A stretch of DNA of 64,000 bases from positions 146,276 through 210,275 of the forward strand of contig CAZAYU010000001.1 of the NCBI GenBank assembly GCA_964489445.1. Reading direction: 5' to 3'. The translations under genes and the position numbers were made by a program. Shown piece by piece: positions 50,072 through 59,767 of the stretch. This stretch comes from an uncultured Planctomycetia bacterium (GTDB lineage: Bacteria; Omnitrophota; Gorgyraeia; Duberdicusellales; 4484-171). Each line of letters begins with the position of its first letter. Position 1 is the stretch's first letter. The notes below the pieces were generated by a model. It was not told the origin of the DNA. It saw nothing but the letters and a program-made list of their open reading frames with translations, and did no database searches.

Positions 50072-50950
50072 TTAAGCTCGTGGATGCGCTTTTTCATATA
50101 CTGCTTTAAGTGAATTAATCGTTAAGTGGGTATATACTTGAGTAGTTGCTATGCTTGAATGGCCTAAAAGCTCTTGAACACTCCGCAGGTCAGCACCACG
50201 ATTAAGCAAATGCGTTGCAAATGAATGACGAAAGGTGTGTGGAGAAATTTTTACAGACATTGCCGCTTCGTTGATATACTTATAAATAATTCCTCTTACC
50301 CCCCGATCGCTTAGGTTACCGTAACGCTTGTTCACAAATAAATATTTATTACTGTCTGTTCGTTTATCTAAATAGTTTTTAATACTGTTAATTGCCGGCT
50401 CACCTAAAGGGAGCAATCTTTCTTTCCTCCCTTTGCCTTTTACTTTAACAAATCCACTAATTAAGTCTACATTCTCAATTTTTGAGGAAACCATCTCCGA
50501 AACTCTAGCGCCAGTAGAATATAAAAATTCAAGAATGGCCTTATCGCGCAACACTAGGACTCCTGTTCCTTTCGGAAGCTCCAGTACCGCTTCTACTTCT
50601 TTTTCTGTCATGAATTTGGGCAACGGTTTATCCAAGCGAGGATAAATCAATGTATCTGCCGGATTATTTTTAGTTATCTGCTCTCGGACAATAAATTTAA
50701 AAAAACTTTTTAGCGTTGAAATTTTTCGAGAAAGCGTCCGCTTACTTAATCGCTTTCCGCTAAGCAAACTTAAAAATTTTCGGAGAAGAAAATAATCAAT
50801 ATCCTTTACATCTTTTCCTCCTTGAGATCCTAAAAATAAATCAAACTCATTAAGATCAGTTCTATAATTTTTAACCGTATGCCCAGAATAATTCTTTTCG
50901 ATGGCTAAATAATTTAAGAATTTATTAGTATAATAAGAAAAAGGTATCAT
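50072..50950 (-). CDS. xerC: Tyrosine recombinase XerC
   Basis: TGARVSE, GKGRKER, HTFRHSFATH, LLGH, TQVY; follows dprA-topA; start probably ATG 50950. Confidence 0.88.
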   Translation of the reverse strand: MIPFSYYTNKFLNYLAIEKNYSGHTVKNYRTDLNEFDLFLGSQGGKDVKDIDYFLLRKFLSLLSGKRLSKRTLSRKISTLKSFFKFIVREQITKNNPADTLIYPRLDKPLPKFMTEKEVEAVLELPKGTGVLVLRDKAILEFLYSTGARVSEMVSSKIENVDLISGFVKVKGKGRKERLLPLGEPAINSIKNYLDKRTDSNKYLFVNKRYGNLSDRGVRGIIYKYINEAAMSVKISPHTFRHSFATHLLNRGADLRSVQELLGHSSIATTQVYTHLTINSLKAVYEKAHPRA

Positions 50951-51026
50951 TACTTTGTTTATTCCATATATAAATGTTAGAAACACAAAAAATTTAATCT
51001 ACTGCCAAGAAAACATTACTTAGAAC

Positions 51027-53012
51027 TTAAGTGCCTTCTCCTTCAGCTTCTTCATCTTTTTCTTCGTTATTGTCTTCAGGAAGATTACGAGAGGTATAAG
51101 TACATTTTGGAAATTTACTACAACCATAAAAATTCTGTCCTCTTCTATTTCTCCTCTCAATTAACTCCCCTTCTTCACATCCCGGACATTTAATCCCGCT
51201 GGTAATACTTTCCGCATAGCGACATTTCGGAAAAGTTTCACAACTTAAAAATCTCCCTCTTCTTGACCACTTTACAACTAGCCGCCCATTACAATCAGGA
51301 CAAAATTTATCTGAATACTCTATTTCTTTAGTAATAGTTGCCAGTGTATTTTTAACTTTTTCACTAAAGGCAGGATAAAAGTCTTTAAGAATGCTGTTCC
51401 ATTTTATCTCACCTTGCTCAACCTTATCTAACTCGGACTCCATAAATGCCGTAAACCCTTCATTGATTACATCCGAAAAAGACCCAACAAGAAGATCATT
51501 GACTTTAATACCTAAAACAGTAGGTTTAAAAGCTCTTTTTTCCCGACGAGCATAATTACGGGCAATCAATGTATTAATAGTCGGAGCATAAGTCGACGGT
51601 CTGCCGATCCCTTTCTCCTCAAGTAATTTAACTAAAGAAGCATCATTATAGCGAAAAGGAGGCTTAGTTACATGTTCTAGCCACTTTAAATCATTCAAAA
51701 TAACTGCTTTTCCTTTGACTAATTCCGGAAGCTGACTCTCCTCTTTTTCTTCAAAAGATCCAAAAGCTTTCAGGTATCCACGGAAAAGTACTTTTCTTCC
51801 CGTTACTTCAAATTGAGCATCTTGAGAAATAATACGTACTTTAGTGTTTTCGAATAACGCTGGAGACATAAAACCGACAATAAATCTCTTCCAGATCAAC
51901 TCATAAAGCCTGCGCTCTTCATCATTTAAACTATCCGGTAGATCATTTGGTGTTCTATAGACATTAGTAGGTCGTATAGCTTCATGAGCTAGCTGAGCGC
52001 CTTTCTTTTTCGGGTAGTGGTATTCTTTATCAAACAGATATTCTTTACCAAAGGTCATCTCAATAAAACTACGTGCCTCTTTTTTTGCTTTCGGGCTCAC
52101 ATGAAAGGAGTCAGTTCTCATATAAGTAATTAGCCCTTCACTCTTATCCTCAACCTTAACCCCCTCATACAATTTCTGCGCAACAAACATGGTTTTTTGC
52201 GCAGAAAATTTTAAACGATTAAAAGCATCCTGCTGTAAAGAAGATGTAATGTAGGGAGGCGGCGGTTTCTTCTTGCTCTCTTTTCTAGTTATATTCTTTA
52301 CACGAAATTCTTGCTCCTTAATTTTTCCAATACAATCAATAACGTTTTGCTTATCCTTAAAAATCGCTTTTTCGCCTTTATATTTATCAAGTTTTGCCTT
52401 AAAGAGAATGCTCTCTGATTTAAATTCAGCTTCTGCGCTAAAGGTAGTTTGAGGAATAAAATTTAAGATTTCTTTTTCACGATCTACAACAAATTTTAAA
52501 GCAATTGACTGAACTCTTCCCGCAGACAACCCACGCACTATCCTTTTCCATAATAGCGGAGAAAGCAAATATCCCACTACTCGATCAAGTAATCTTCTGG
52601 CAATCTGCGCGTCGACTTTGTGCATATCTAAGCGCCCTGGTTTTTTAAACGCTTTTTTCAGAGCATCTTCGGTTATTTCATGGAAAACCACTCTGCAGAA
52701 TTTCTTTCCTTTTTGTGGAAGTCTTTCTTTTATGTGCCAGCTTATCGCTTCTCCCTCCCGATCAGGATCAGTGGCTAAATAAATAATTTTTTTATTTTTG
52801 GCTTTACTCTTTAGCTGATTAACAATTTTTTCTTTGCCGGGAATAATTCGGTAAACCGGTTCAAAATCATTTTCCACATCCACAGAAAGCTTGTTGGTAG
52901 GTAAGTCTACTAGATGCCCCATAGAGGAGACCACCTCGTACTCTTTACCTAATATCGAAGATATTGTCTTTGATTTTGTAGGTGACTCGACAATTACTAA
53001 ATACTTACTCAT
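51027..53012 (-). CDS. topA: DNA topoisomerase I
   Basis: IVESPTK, DPDREGE, SAGRVQ, ITYMRTDS, C-terminal Zn ribbons. Confidence 0.96.
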   Translation of the reverse strand: MSKYLVIVESPTKSKTISSILGKEYEVVSSMGHLVDLPTNKLSVDVENDFEPVYRIIPGKEKIVNQLKSKAKNKKIIYLATDPDREGEAISWHIKERLPQKGKKFCRVVFHEITEDALKKAFKKPGRLDMHKVDAQIARRLLDRVVGYLLSPLLWKRIVRGLSAGRVQSIALKFVVDREKEILNFIPQTTFSAEAEFKSESILFKAKLDKYKGEKAIFKDKQNVIDCIGKIKEQEFRVKNITRKESKKKPPPPYITSSLQQDAFNRLKFSAQKTMFVAQKLYEGVKVEDKSEGLITYMRTDSFHVSPKAKKEARSFIEMTFGKEYLFDKEYHYPKKKGAQLAHEAIRPTNVYRTPNDLPDSLNDEERRLYELIWKRFIVGFMSPALFENTKVRIISQDAQFEVTGRKVLFRGYLKAFGSFEEKEESQLPELVKGKAVILNDLKWLEHVTKPPFRYNDASLVKLLEEKGIGRPSTYAPTINTLIARNYARREKRAFKPTVLGIKVNDLLVGSFSDVINEGFTAFMESELDKVEQGEIKWNSILKDFYPAFSEKVKNTLATITKEIEYSDKFCPDCNGRLVVKWSRRGRFLSCETFPKCRYAESITSGIKCPGCEEGELIERRNRRGQNFYGCSKFPKCTYTSRNLPEDNNEEKDEEAEGEGT

Positions 53013-53077
53013 TTTTTATTATTCAACTCCTATTTTTATGCACGCTACTATACACCTTACACTAACTACTTTTATCA

Positions 53078-53950
53078 TCAATATTTTAGCTCCTCCACTA
53101 TATCCTCTAAGCAGTCAACAAGCTTGGCACCTTCCTTAATTAACGCATGGGTTCCTTTGCTAAAAGCAGAGTTTATACTTCCAGGTATTGCAAAAACTTC
53201 CCGGTTTTGCTCAGAAGCTAAATGAGCCGTTATTAAGGCACCACTCCTTTTAGCTGCTTCAATAACCAGCACCCCTTTAGACAATCCGCTAATAATACGA
53301 TTTCGACGAGGAAAATTTTCTTTTAGTGGAGACATCCGAAGTGGAAATTCAGATATCACCGCTCCCTGCCGGGAAATATTTTCAGCAAGCAGTTTATTCT
53401 CTCTAGGATAAATGTTAAGCAACCCACTCCCTAAAACAGCAACACTTTTATACTCCCTAACTGCTTCCTGATGAACCATAGTGTCGATACCCATGGCTAA
53501 ACCAGAAACTATAACTATTCCTAACTCGGATAATTGTCGAGAAAAGCTCTTAGCCACAGAAATGCCATAAGTTGTAGGTTTACGACTTCCTACTATTGCA
53601 AACAAATCTTCACTCAGCACATTCCGATTCCCCTTAAGATAAATGACCAACGGGGGAGAACCTATTTCTTTCAAAAGCAAGGGATAATCTTTGTCAAAAA
53701 TATCAATGCATTCTATCCCTTCCTTCTCTATTAATTCCCATTCCTGTTCTAGAAACGAAGAATTACGCAAAGAAATTATTTTTTCAATATCACTCTCAGT
53801 TAAAGAAACAATCTGGCGTAAATCACTGTATTTTGCTTTAAATATTTCTTCACTACCCGAATAAGCCTTGATGACTGCCTTAAGTTTACGAAAAGGAAGA
53901 TCTAAAAAATTAAAAAAAATTGAACTTTTTTTTGCCACACTTATTCTCAA
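53078..53950 (-). CDS. dprA: DNA processing protein DprA (no C-terminal winged helix)
   Basis: AIVGSR, VSGLAMGID, FPRRNRIISGLS, SGALITA. Confidence 0.93.
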   Translation of the reverse strand: MRISVAKKSSIFFNFLDLPFRKLKAVIKAYSGSEEIFKAKYSDLRQIVSLTESDIEKIISLRNSSFLEQEWELIEKEGIECIDIFDKDYPLLLKEIGSPPLVIYLKGNRNVLSEDLFAIVGSRKPTTYGISVAKSFSRQLSELGIVIVSGLAMGIDTMVHQEAVREYKSVAVLGSGLLNIYPRENKLLAENISRQGAVISEFPLRMSPLKENFPRRNRIISGLSKGVLVIEAAKRSGALITAHLASEQNREVFAIPGSINSAFSKGTHALIKEGAKLVDCLEDIVEELKY

Positions 53951-54480
53951 CTAGATATTTTAGAATTAATGAGTTCCTCACTACCTAGAATACGGATAAT
54001 TTCACTAGCAATATCTTGGGGTAACATACTTTCCGTATCAATTACATGATGAGCTTGTTTATAGTAGCACTCTCTCTCTTCCAACAACTCCTTAATTTTG
54101 TCTAAAGGATCGTCAACACTAAGAAGAGGCCGTTGATCATCGTTGCGTATTCTTTCATAAATTATCAAAGCAGACGCCTTAAGAGAAAAAACTATTCCTG
54201 TGCTTTTGAGTGTTTTTAAGTTATCTTCACTGCAAATCATTCCTCCGCCACAGCTTACCACTAAGTTATCTCTTAGCGACAACTCCCCGACAACCTTCTT
54301 TTCCAGTGCTCTAAAGTAAGGCTCTCCTTTCTGAGAAAAAATATCAGCAATTTTTAATCCCTGTTTATCTTCAATAACTTTATCAGTCTCGACAAATTCC
54401 CGAGCTATCTTTTTAGCTAAAACCTTTCCTGAAATGCTCTTGCCGGTACCCATAAAGCCAGTTAAATAAATATTTTTCAT
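53947..54480 (-). CDS. aroK: Shikimate kinase
   Basis: GFMGTGKS, GEPYFR, RPLL; start ATG 54480. Confidence 0.93.
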   Translation of the reverse strand: MKNIYLTGFMGTGKSISGKVLAKKIAREFVETDKVIEDKQGLKIADIFSQKGEPYFRALEKKVVGELSLRDNLVVSCGGGMICSEDNLKTLKSTGIVFSLKASALIIYERIRNDDQRPLLSVDDPLDKIKELLEERECYYKQAHHVIDTESMLPQDIASEIIRILGSEELINSKISS

Positions 54481-54487
54481 AGATAAT

Positions 54488-54516
54488 ATTATGGCGAGAA
54501 TAAAAGATTTTGTCAA
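54488..54516 (-). promoter_or_regulatory. Promoter, probably yielding a leaderless aroK mRNA
   Basis: TTGACA-17 bp-CATAAT-7 nt-ATG. Confidence 0.65.
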
Positions 54517-54608
54517 GCAGGAGCCTATTGTAAAACGTTAGCCAAAACTTATGTGGCTGATATTTTCCTTGCAAAACACGCTTTAGAATATTATAAGCAA
54601 TTTTTCGC

Positions 54609-55781
54609 TCACTTAACTGATTTTCCGTACCTTTTAATCAAATCAAGGGCGATTATTGATCTTTGAATCTGGTTAGTACCTTCATAAATTTGAGTAATTT
54701 TAGCATCACGCATAAATTTCTCTATAGGGTAATCACGCATATAGCCATACCCTCCATATATCTGGACAGCATTAGTAGTTACTTCCATGGCCACATCAGA
54801 AGCAAACATCTTTGCTGCTGCGCTAGCTGGCCCAATATTTTTAATACCTCTATCAACCATCGAGGCAACACTGTAAACTAAGCTTCTGGCTGCTTCGGTC
54901 TTTGTAGCCATATCCGCAAGCATCCACTGAATACCCTGAAAAGAACTTATTGTTTTACCAAATTGAACCCGCTGATGAGCATATTTAACCGCTAATTCTA
55001 GTGCCCCCTGAGCAATACCTAGCGCCTGAGCAGCTACACCAGGCCGAGATTGATCAAATGTTTTCATTGTTGCAATAAATCCAGTGCCTTCTTTACCGCC
55101 AAGCATATTCTCCATCGGAACTTTTACATCATTAAAAATTAATTCTCCGGTTGAAGAAGCTCTAATCCCTAGTTTTTCTTCTTTTTTACCAAAAGTAAAC
55201 CCGGGCATTCCTTTTTCTAAAATAAATGCCGACATTCCCCTTGGACCCCTATTCTTATTAGTAACCGCAATTACTGTATAAATCTGTGCATCCCCGCCGT
55301 TGGTGATAAAATGCTTTGTTCCGTTAAGAATGTAATAATCACCATCTTTTTTCGCTGTTGTCTTTACTCCAGCTGCATCCGAACCCGCCTCCGGCTCAGT
55401 TAAAGCAAAAGCAGTCAAGTTCTTTCCCGAAGCAATATCCGGTAAATACTTTTTTTTCTGTTCTTCTGTACCGTTAATTAGAATCGGAAACATTCCTAAA
55501 TAAGAAGCAGCGTAAGCAGTGGCCACGCCTCCATCAACCCGGGAAATCTCCTCAGTAGCAAGACATAAATCCATAAGATTGCCACCCATTCCGCCATATT
55601 GCTCTGGTATACATAAAGAGAATAAATCCGACTGGCCTAAAATTTTAATAATATCTGCAGGAAATTCTTCTTTTTCATCAAGCTCCCGAGACCTAGGCCT
55701 TATCTTCTCTTCAGCAATCTGGCGGCATAAATCACGCAGCATTTTTTGGTCATCGCTTAATGGATAGTCAATCATAAACAT
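54609..55781 (-). CDS. Acyl-CoA (butyryl-CoA-like) dehydrogenase
   Basis: FALTEPEAGSDA, KLGIRAS, QIYGGYGY, IYEGTNQIQR. Confidence 0.93.
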   Translation of the reverse strand: MFMIDYPLSDDQKMLRDLCRQIAEEKIRPRSRELDEKEEFPADIIKILGQSDLFSLCIPEQYGGMGGNLMDLCLATEEISRVDGGVATAYAASYLGMFPILINGTEEQKKKYLPDIASGKNLTAFALTEPEAGSDAAGVKTTAKKDGDYYILNGTKHFITNGGDAQIYTVIAVTNKNRGPRGMSAFILEKGMPGFTFGKKEEKLGIRASSTGELIFNDVKVPMENMLGGKEGTGFIATMKTFDQSRPGVAAQALGIAQGALELAVKYAHQRVQFGKTISSFQGIQWMLADMATKTEAARSLVYSVASMVDRGIKNIGPASAAAKMFASDVAMEVTTNAVQIYGGYGYMRDYPIEKFMRDAKITQIYEGTNQIQRSIIALDLIKRYGKSVK

Positions 55782-55845
55782 TTTAAGCCTCCTTTCTCTA
55801 AAAAAATATTTATTTCCAAACGATAAATAACTATTTTAGAGGTAA

Positions 55846-55874
55846 ATTGTAACCGTAAATCCGATATCTGTCAA
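55846..55874 (-). promoter_or_regulatory. Sigma70 promoter of the acyl-CoA dehydrogenase gene
   Basis: TTGACA-17 bp-TACAAT. Confidence 0.65.
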
Positions 55875-55940
55875 TTTTTTTCTATTAAGGATCTTACTAC
55901 TACATAAATATTTCACACTTTATTTGATGCACTTTAGCTG

Positions 55941-55982
55941 ATCACATATTAATTGTCAAAGCCCATTAATGTGTGATATAAT
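55941..55982. promoter_or_regulatory. 13-bp inverted repeat overlapping divergent promoter elements
   Basis: ATCACATATTAAT-N11-ATTAATGTGTGAT (12/13); plus-strand TTGTCA-18-TATAAT with TG extension. Confidence 0.5.
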
Positions 55983-56025
55983 TGCATAGATTACACATAA
56001 AAAACATTATAAAGGGAGGGAAAGA

Positions 56026-57435
56026 ATGATGAATAAAAAATTAATACTTTGTTTATTGTTAATACCTATATCTTTATTGATACTTCCTATCTCTTCTTTT
56101 GCCCAAACAACCATCCCTGAAGAAAGAATTACAGTTATTACTTATTATCCTGCGCCTTTTGGTGTATACAATGAATTACGATCAAAGAGAATGGCAATTG
56201 GCAATACATATTATGATCCAGCAGGATTTTGCTTTGATGATGGAACAGGAAACTGTGACCCTGCTTTACAAATAGAAATTCCTCAAGGAACCGACTTAGT
56301 AATAGAAGGAAATGTGGGAATTGGCACTGTAGACCCTAAAGAACAGCTTAGCGTACATAGTGGCACAACACAAGGGCAGATTCATATTTCAGGGGTTTCT
56401 GATGGCGGGCTTACTTATTCTGCAGTTTATTTGCACGATAATACTGCGGATAATTGGAATAATTGGGTTTTGACTCATAAAAACGGAACCGGGGATGTAA
56501 TGGAGAATGATTTTTGGCTTTCCTATTGGAATGCTGCGGGCGTTCTAGAAACTCCTTTTGCAATTGATCATGAAAGCGGTAATATAGGTATTGGAACCAC
56601 TGTCCCTTCGTACAATTTGGATGTTGCCGGAGAAATTAATGGTTCAGATGGTGGAAGTAGGGTTGGTCTTTTAGCACATCCCAATTATCCAAGTTTATTT
56701 ATCGTTAGTTACAGTAATGAACCAAGTCATACAACGGATTCAGGTAATGGTGGGCATCCGGTAATTCATACATATGATATCGGTGGGACAGTCACTTCTC
56801 CGTCAAATACCAAAAAAAATAATCCGATCTTATCTCTTGTTGGTTCGGGTTATTACAGCCCGACCCAAGCAGTACAAGCAGCAAGATTGCAATTTGTTAC
56901 TGAAGATAATTTTAGTTCTTCACATGCTAAAACAGCAATTGTTTTTTATCCCGGAAATAAAGTTATTACTATGGGTGACGGAAAAGGGTCTTATCTAGAA
57001 GCGCTAAGAATTACCAGCCAGGGAGCAGTAACTTATAAACCTAGAAATACTGCACCACTTGCATCTGGCTCGGCAGCACCTGGCTTAGAAGGCAGCCTTT
57101 ATTACAACAACGGAACTGGATCAGAAAGCGAAGGTTTTAAATACCATGATGGAGACAATTGGAAGGATTTTGGGGGAAGCTCAACCGGATGTGATGAAAC
57201 CTGTTCATACTACAGAAGCGGTTCAGATTCTCTGCCTTGCGTAAAAAAAGATGAAAGTAACTGTTCCAAATTAGGCTATACCGGAGGGTGGAATACTAAA
57301 CCTATTGAAGGTTACCAAAGCTGCGGAAGAGTTATCACGGTTAATACCGGACCATCAACCGACCAACAACACTATAGCTATGTCTGCGGTACTACAGGTT
57401 GGGTTTTAACTGGATACGGCGAAACTCACTACTAA
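56026..57435 (+). CDS. Secreted fibre/adhesin-like protein (TYYPAP motif, GN(V/I)GIGT repeats, Cys-rich tip)
   Basis: SD GGGAGG; signal peptide ending SFA; ITVITYYPAPFGVYNELR; GNVGIGT and GNIGIGT; GSLYYN..FKYHDGDNW. Confidence 0.8.
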   Translation: MMNKKLILCLLLIPISLLILPISSFAQTTIPEERITVITYYPAPFGVYNELRSKRMAIGNTYYDPAGFCFDDGTGNCDPALQIEIPQGTDLVIEGNVGIGTVDPKEQLSVHSGTTQGQIHISGVSDGGLTYSAVYLHDNTADNWNNWVLTHKNGTGDVMENDFWLSYWNAAGVLETPFAIDHESGNIGIGTTVPSYNLDVAGEINGSDGGSRVGLLAHPNYPSLFIVSYSNEPSHTTDSGNGGHPVIHTYDIGGTVTSPSNTKKNNPILSLVGSGYYSPTQAVQAARLQFVTEDNFSSSHAKTAIVFYPGNKVITMGDGKGSYLEALRITSQGAVTYKPRNTAPLASGSAAPGLEGSLYYNNGTGSESEGFKYHDGDNWKDFGGSSTGCDETCSYYRSGSDSLPCVKKDESNCSKLGYTGGWNTKPIEGYQSCGRVITVNTGPSTDQQHYSYVCGTTGWVLTGYGETHY

Positions 57436-57552
57436 ATAAAACTTTATTTATTAAAGCCATACTTACCCTACTTCTTTAAAAATCAATACTCATTTTTGAT
57501 ATAAAGGTTATTTTTTTAATTCTGATAACTTTTATTAGATTGCAATCAAGAA

Positions 57553-58788
57553 TTAAGCACGAGCTAAATTAGAAATAATTTCTGTTAAGGTAGGATGAAT
57601 AAATAAGCATTTTTTTACATCTTGCAGTGTAAGTTTATTTTTAATACACAACGACATCACATTGATTAGTTCTCCGGCTGATTCTGAAATTATTCCGGCA
57701 CCGATTATTCTTTCTTGCTCATCAACAATCAACTTTATAAACCCGTCATTGTCCCCATAAACAACAGCAGAAGAGACTTTTAGAAAACTTGACTTTATTA
57801 CTTTACACTCAATTCCCTTTGCTTCAGCCTCCTCCTCTAATATGCCCGCCTGAGCAATTTGGGGACAAGAAAACACACATTCCGGCAAACCATAATAGTC
57901 TTCTTTGTCTATCTGTCCGGCAATGTTTTTAAGACAAATTTCCGCTTGATACTCGGCAGTATAAGCATAAAGTTTTTTTCCGTTAATATCGCCACAAGCA
58001 TAGATATTACTAATATTGGTTTTCATGAATTTATCCGTATTTATCCAGCCTTTATCATTCAATAAAATATCGGCATTCTTTAGCTGCAGATTATTCGCAT
58101 TCGGTTTACGTCCTAACGCTGAAATCACTAAATTAAAATCATCCAAATTATACTCAGCTACATCTTGTGATGTTTTTATGTTCAGCCCTCTTTTTCTTAG
58201 GATTGTTTGAAGACGCTGAGAAAGATAGCTATCAAAACCAGGAAGAACACGATTTTCTTTTTCAATCAATAAAACATCTTTGTTGAAATTATGTAAAAGA
58301 CAACTGAATTCTATTCCTATTGCCCCGGCGCCAACTACTAAAATTTTATCCGGCAATTCTTCTACACCAAATAAATCTTGTGCGAAAATAACTTTAGAGT
58401 GGTTTATCAAGCTTTTAGGCGATGAACCTCCCGCAATAACAATATACTTTGCAGCGACCACCTTCTCATCCACTCTCAGCGTAGTATTGTTTAAAAATGA
58501 AGCTTCCCCCCAGAAAAAATTAACACCTTGTTTTTCTAAGAAAGAAGTAAGCGGAGATTTAATTTTTTTTATAATCTCTCTACTACCCTCCAGGCAATTT
58601 TTCCAGGATTGATTGGTTCGTGAAGCTTTAAGAAGAAATTTTGTCGGAATGCACCCTTGGTTTAGACAGGTTCCACCTAAAGTTTCAGGATTTTTTTCAA
58701 TTATGACTGTTTTTAACTTATATTTTAAAGCGTTTTTTGCGCAGGCAATTCCTGCTGGCCCTGAGCCAATTATTGCTAAATCATACAT
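57553..58788 (-). CDS. lpdA: Dihydrolipoamide dehydrogenase-like flavin disulfide reductase
   Basis: GSGPAG, GGTCLNQGCIPTK, GAGAIG, HPTLTE. Confidence 0.85.
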   Translation of the reverse strand: MYDLAIIGSGPAGIACAKNALKYKLKTVIIEKNPETLGGTCLNQGCIPTKFLLKASRTNQSWKNCLEGSREIIKKIKSPLTSFLEKQGVNFFWGEASFLNNTTLRVDEKVVAAKYIVIAGGSSPKSLINHSKVIFAQDLFGVEELPDKILVVGAGAIGIEFSCLLHNFNKDVLLIEKENRVLPGFDSYLSQRLQTILRKRGLNIKTSQDVAEYNLDDFNLVISALGRKPNANNLQLKNADILLNDKGWINTDKFMKTNISNIYACGDINGKKLYAYTAEYQAEICLKNIAGQIDKEDYYGLPECVFSCPQIAQAGILEEEAEAKGIECKVIKSSFLKVSSAVVYGDNDGFIKLIVDEQERIIGAGIISESAGELINVMSLCIKNKLTLQDVKKCLFIHPTLTEIISNLARA

Positions 58789-59693
58789 TTTTTAAATGCT
58801 TTTTCCGCTTTTTTTAATTCTTTTTTCTCACGGGCCGATATTTTCAACTCAATAATTCTCTCAATCCCCTTCCGGTTAACAACGCAAGGAACGCCCAGGC
58901 AAGCATCAAATATTCCGTATTCTCCGTTTAAATACACAGAAACTGGAATAACTTTATCGGCATTATTGCAAATTGCCTCAATTAAACTGCAACAAGACAG
59001 CCCTGGAGCAAAGTGAGCGCTGCGATTCTTTAGGTGACCAACAATCTCTGCACCACGATATTGTACTTTTTGTTTTATCTCTGCTATTTTATCCTTATTG
59101 AAAACCTGAGCTATCGGCTTGTTTTTTATTTTAATCTGCTGCGCATCAACAATCATCTGATTATTGTGCGGACCGTAAATACATCCGGTCATTTCCGCTA
59201 TCGGATGCTTAGAATGCTTATAAAGAATATTCAGTAGTCGGTTAGTATCTAACGAAGAGCCCATTCCAAACACCTGATTACGATTAAATTTAGTTTCCTT
59301 CAAAAGCGTATACGTAATAACATCCAAAGGATTACTGACCGCAATCACTATTGAGTTGCAAGCTAAGCTTTTAATTTCTAACGCAGTAAGCCTGGCTATT
59401 TCCTTGTTAATTTTTAAAAGATCCGCTCTTGTCATTCCTTTTTTTCGAGGAATCCCAGCGGTTAAAACTACAATGTCTGAATTTTTAATTGCTGTATATT
59501 TGCTTGAACCTTTGATGCTAGTTGAAAATTTTAAAATCCCCCTTGTGTCTTCTAAGTCTTTAGCTACACCTTGGGCTAAACCCGGACAAATATCCACCAA
59601 AGCAAGCTCTCGGGGCGGAATTCGATTTAGGATACTAAATGCTAAAGTAGAGCCAACATTTCCGGAACCAATTATCGAAATTTTCTTAATCAT
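58776..59693 (-). CDS. mdh: Malate dehydrogenase (LDH-like)
   Basis: GSGNVG, TAGIPRKKGMTRADL, SNPLD, LDTNR. Confidence 0.88.
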   Translation of the reverse strand: MIKKISIIGSGNVGSTLAFSILNRIPPRELALVDICPGLAQGVAKDLEDTRGILKFSTSIKGSSKYTAIKNSDIVVLTAGIPRKKGMTRADLLKINKEIARLTALEIKSLACNSIVIAVSNPLDVITYTLLKETKFNRNQVFGMGSSLDTNRLLNILYKHSKHPIAEMTGCIYGPHNNQMIVDAQQIKIKNKPIAQVFNKDKIAEIKQKVQYRGAEIVGHLKNRSAHFAPGLSCCSLIEAICNNADKVIPVSVYLNGEYGIFDACLGVPCVVNRKGIERIIELKISAREKKELKKAEKAFKKCMI

Positions 59694-59767
59694 TAGTTGA
59701 ATTTATTGGTTTTATATATTAGCGTGCCAGTGTCAGGATAAAAGAAAACATAACACATGAATACAAT

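Noticed and set aside
50072-50986. Integrase of a mobile element
   Set aside because: Housekeeping XerC in the conserved dprA-topA-xerC context
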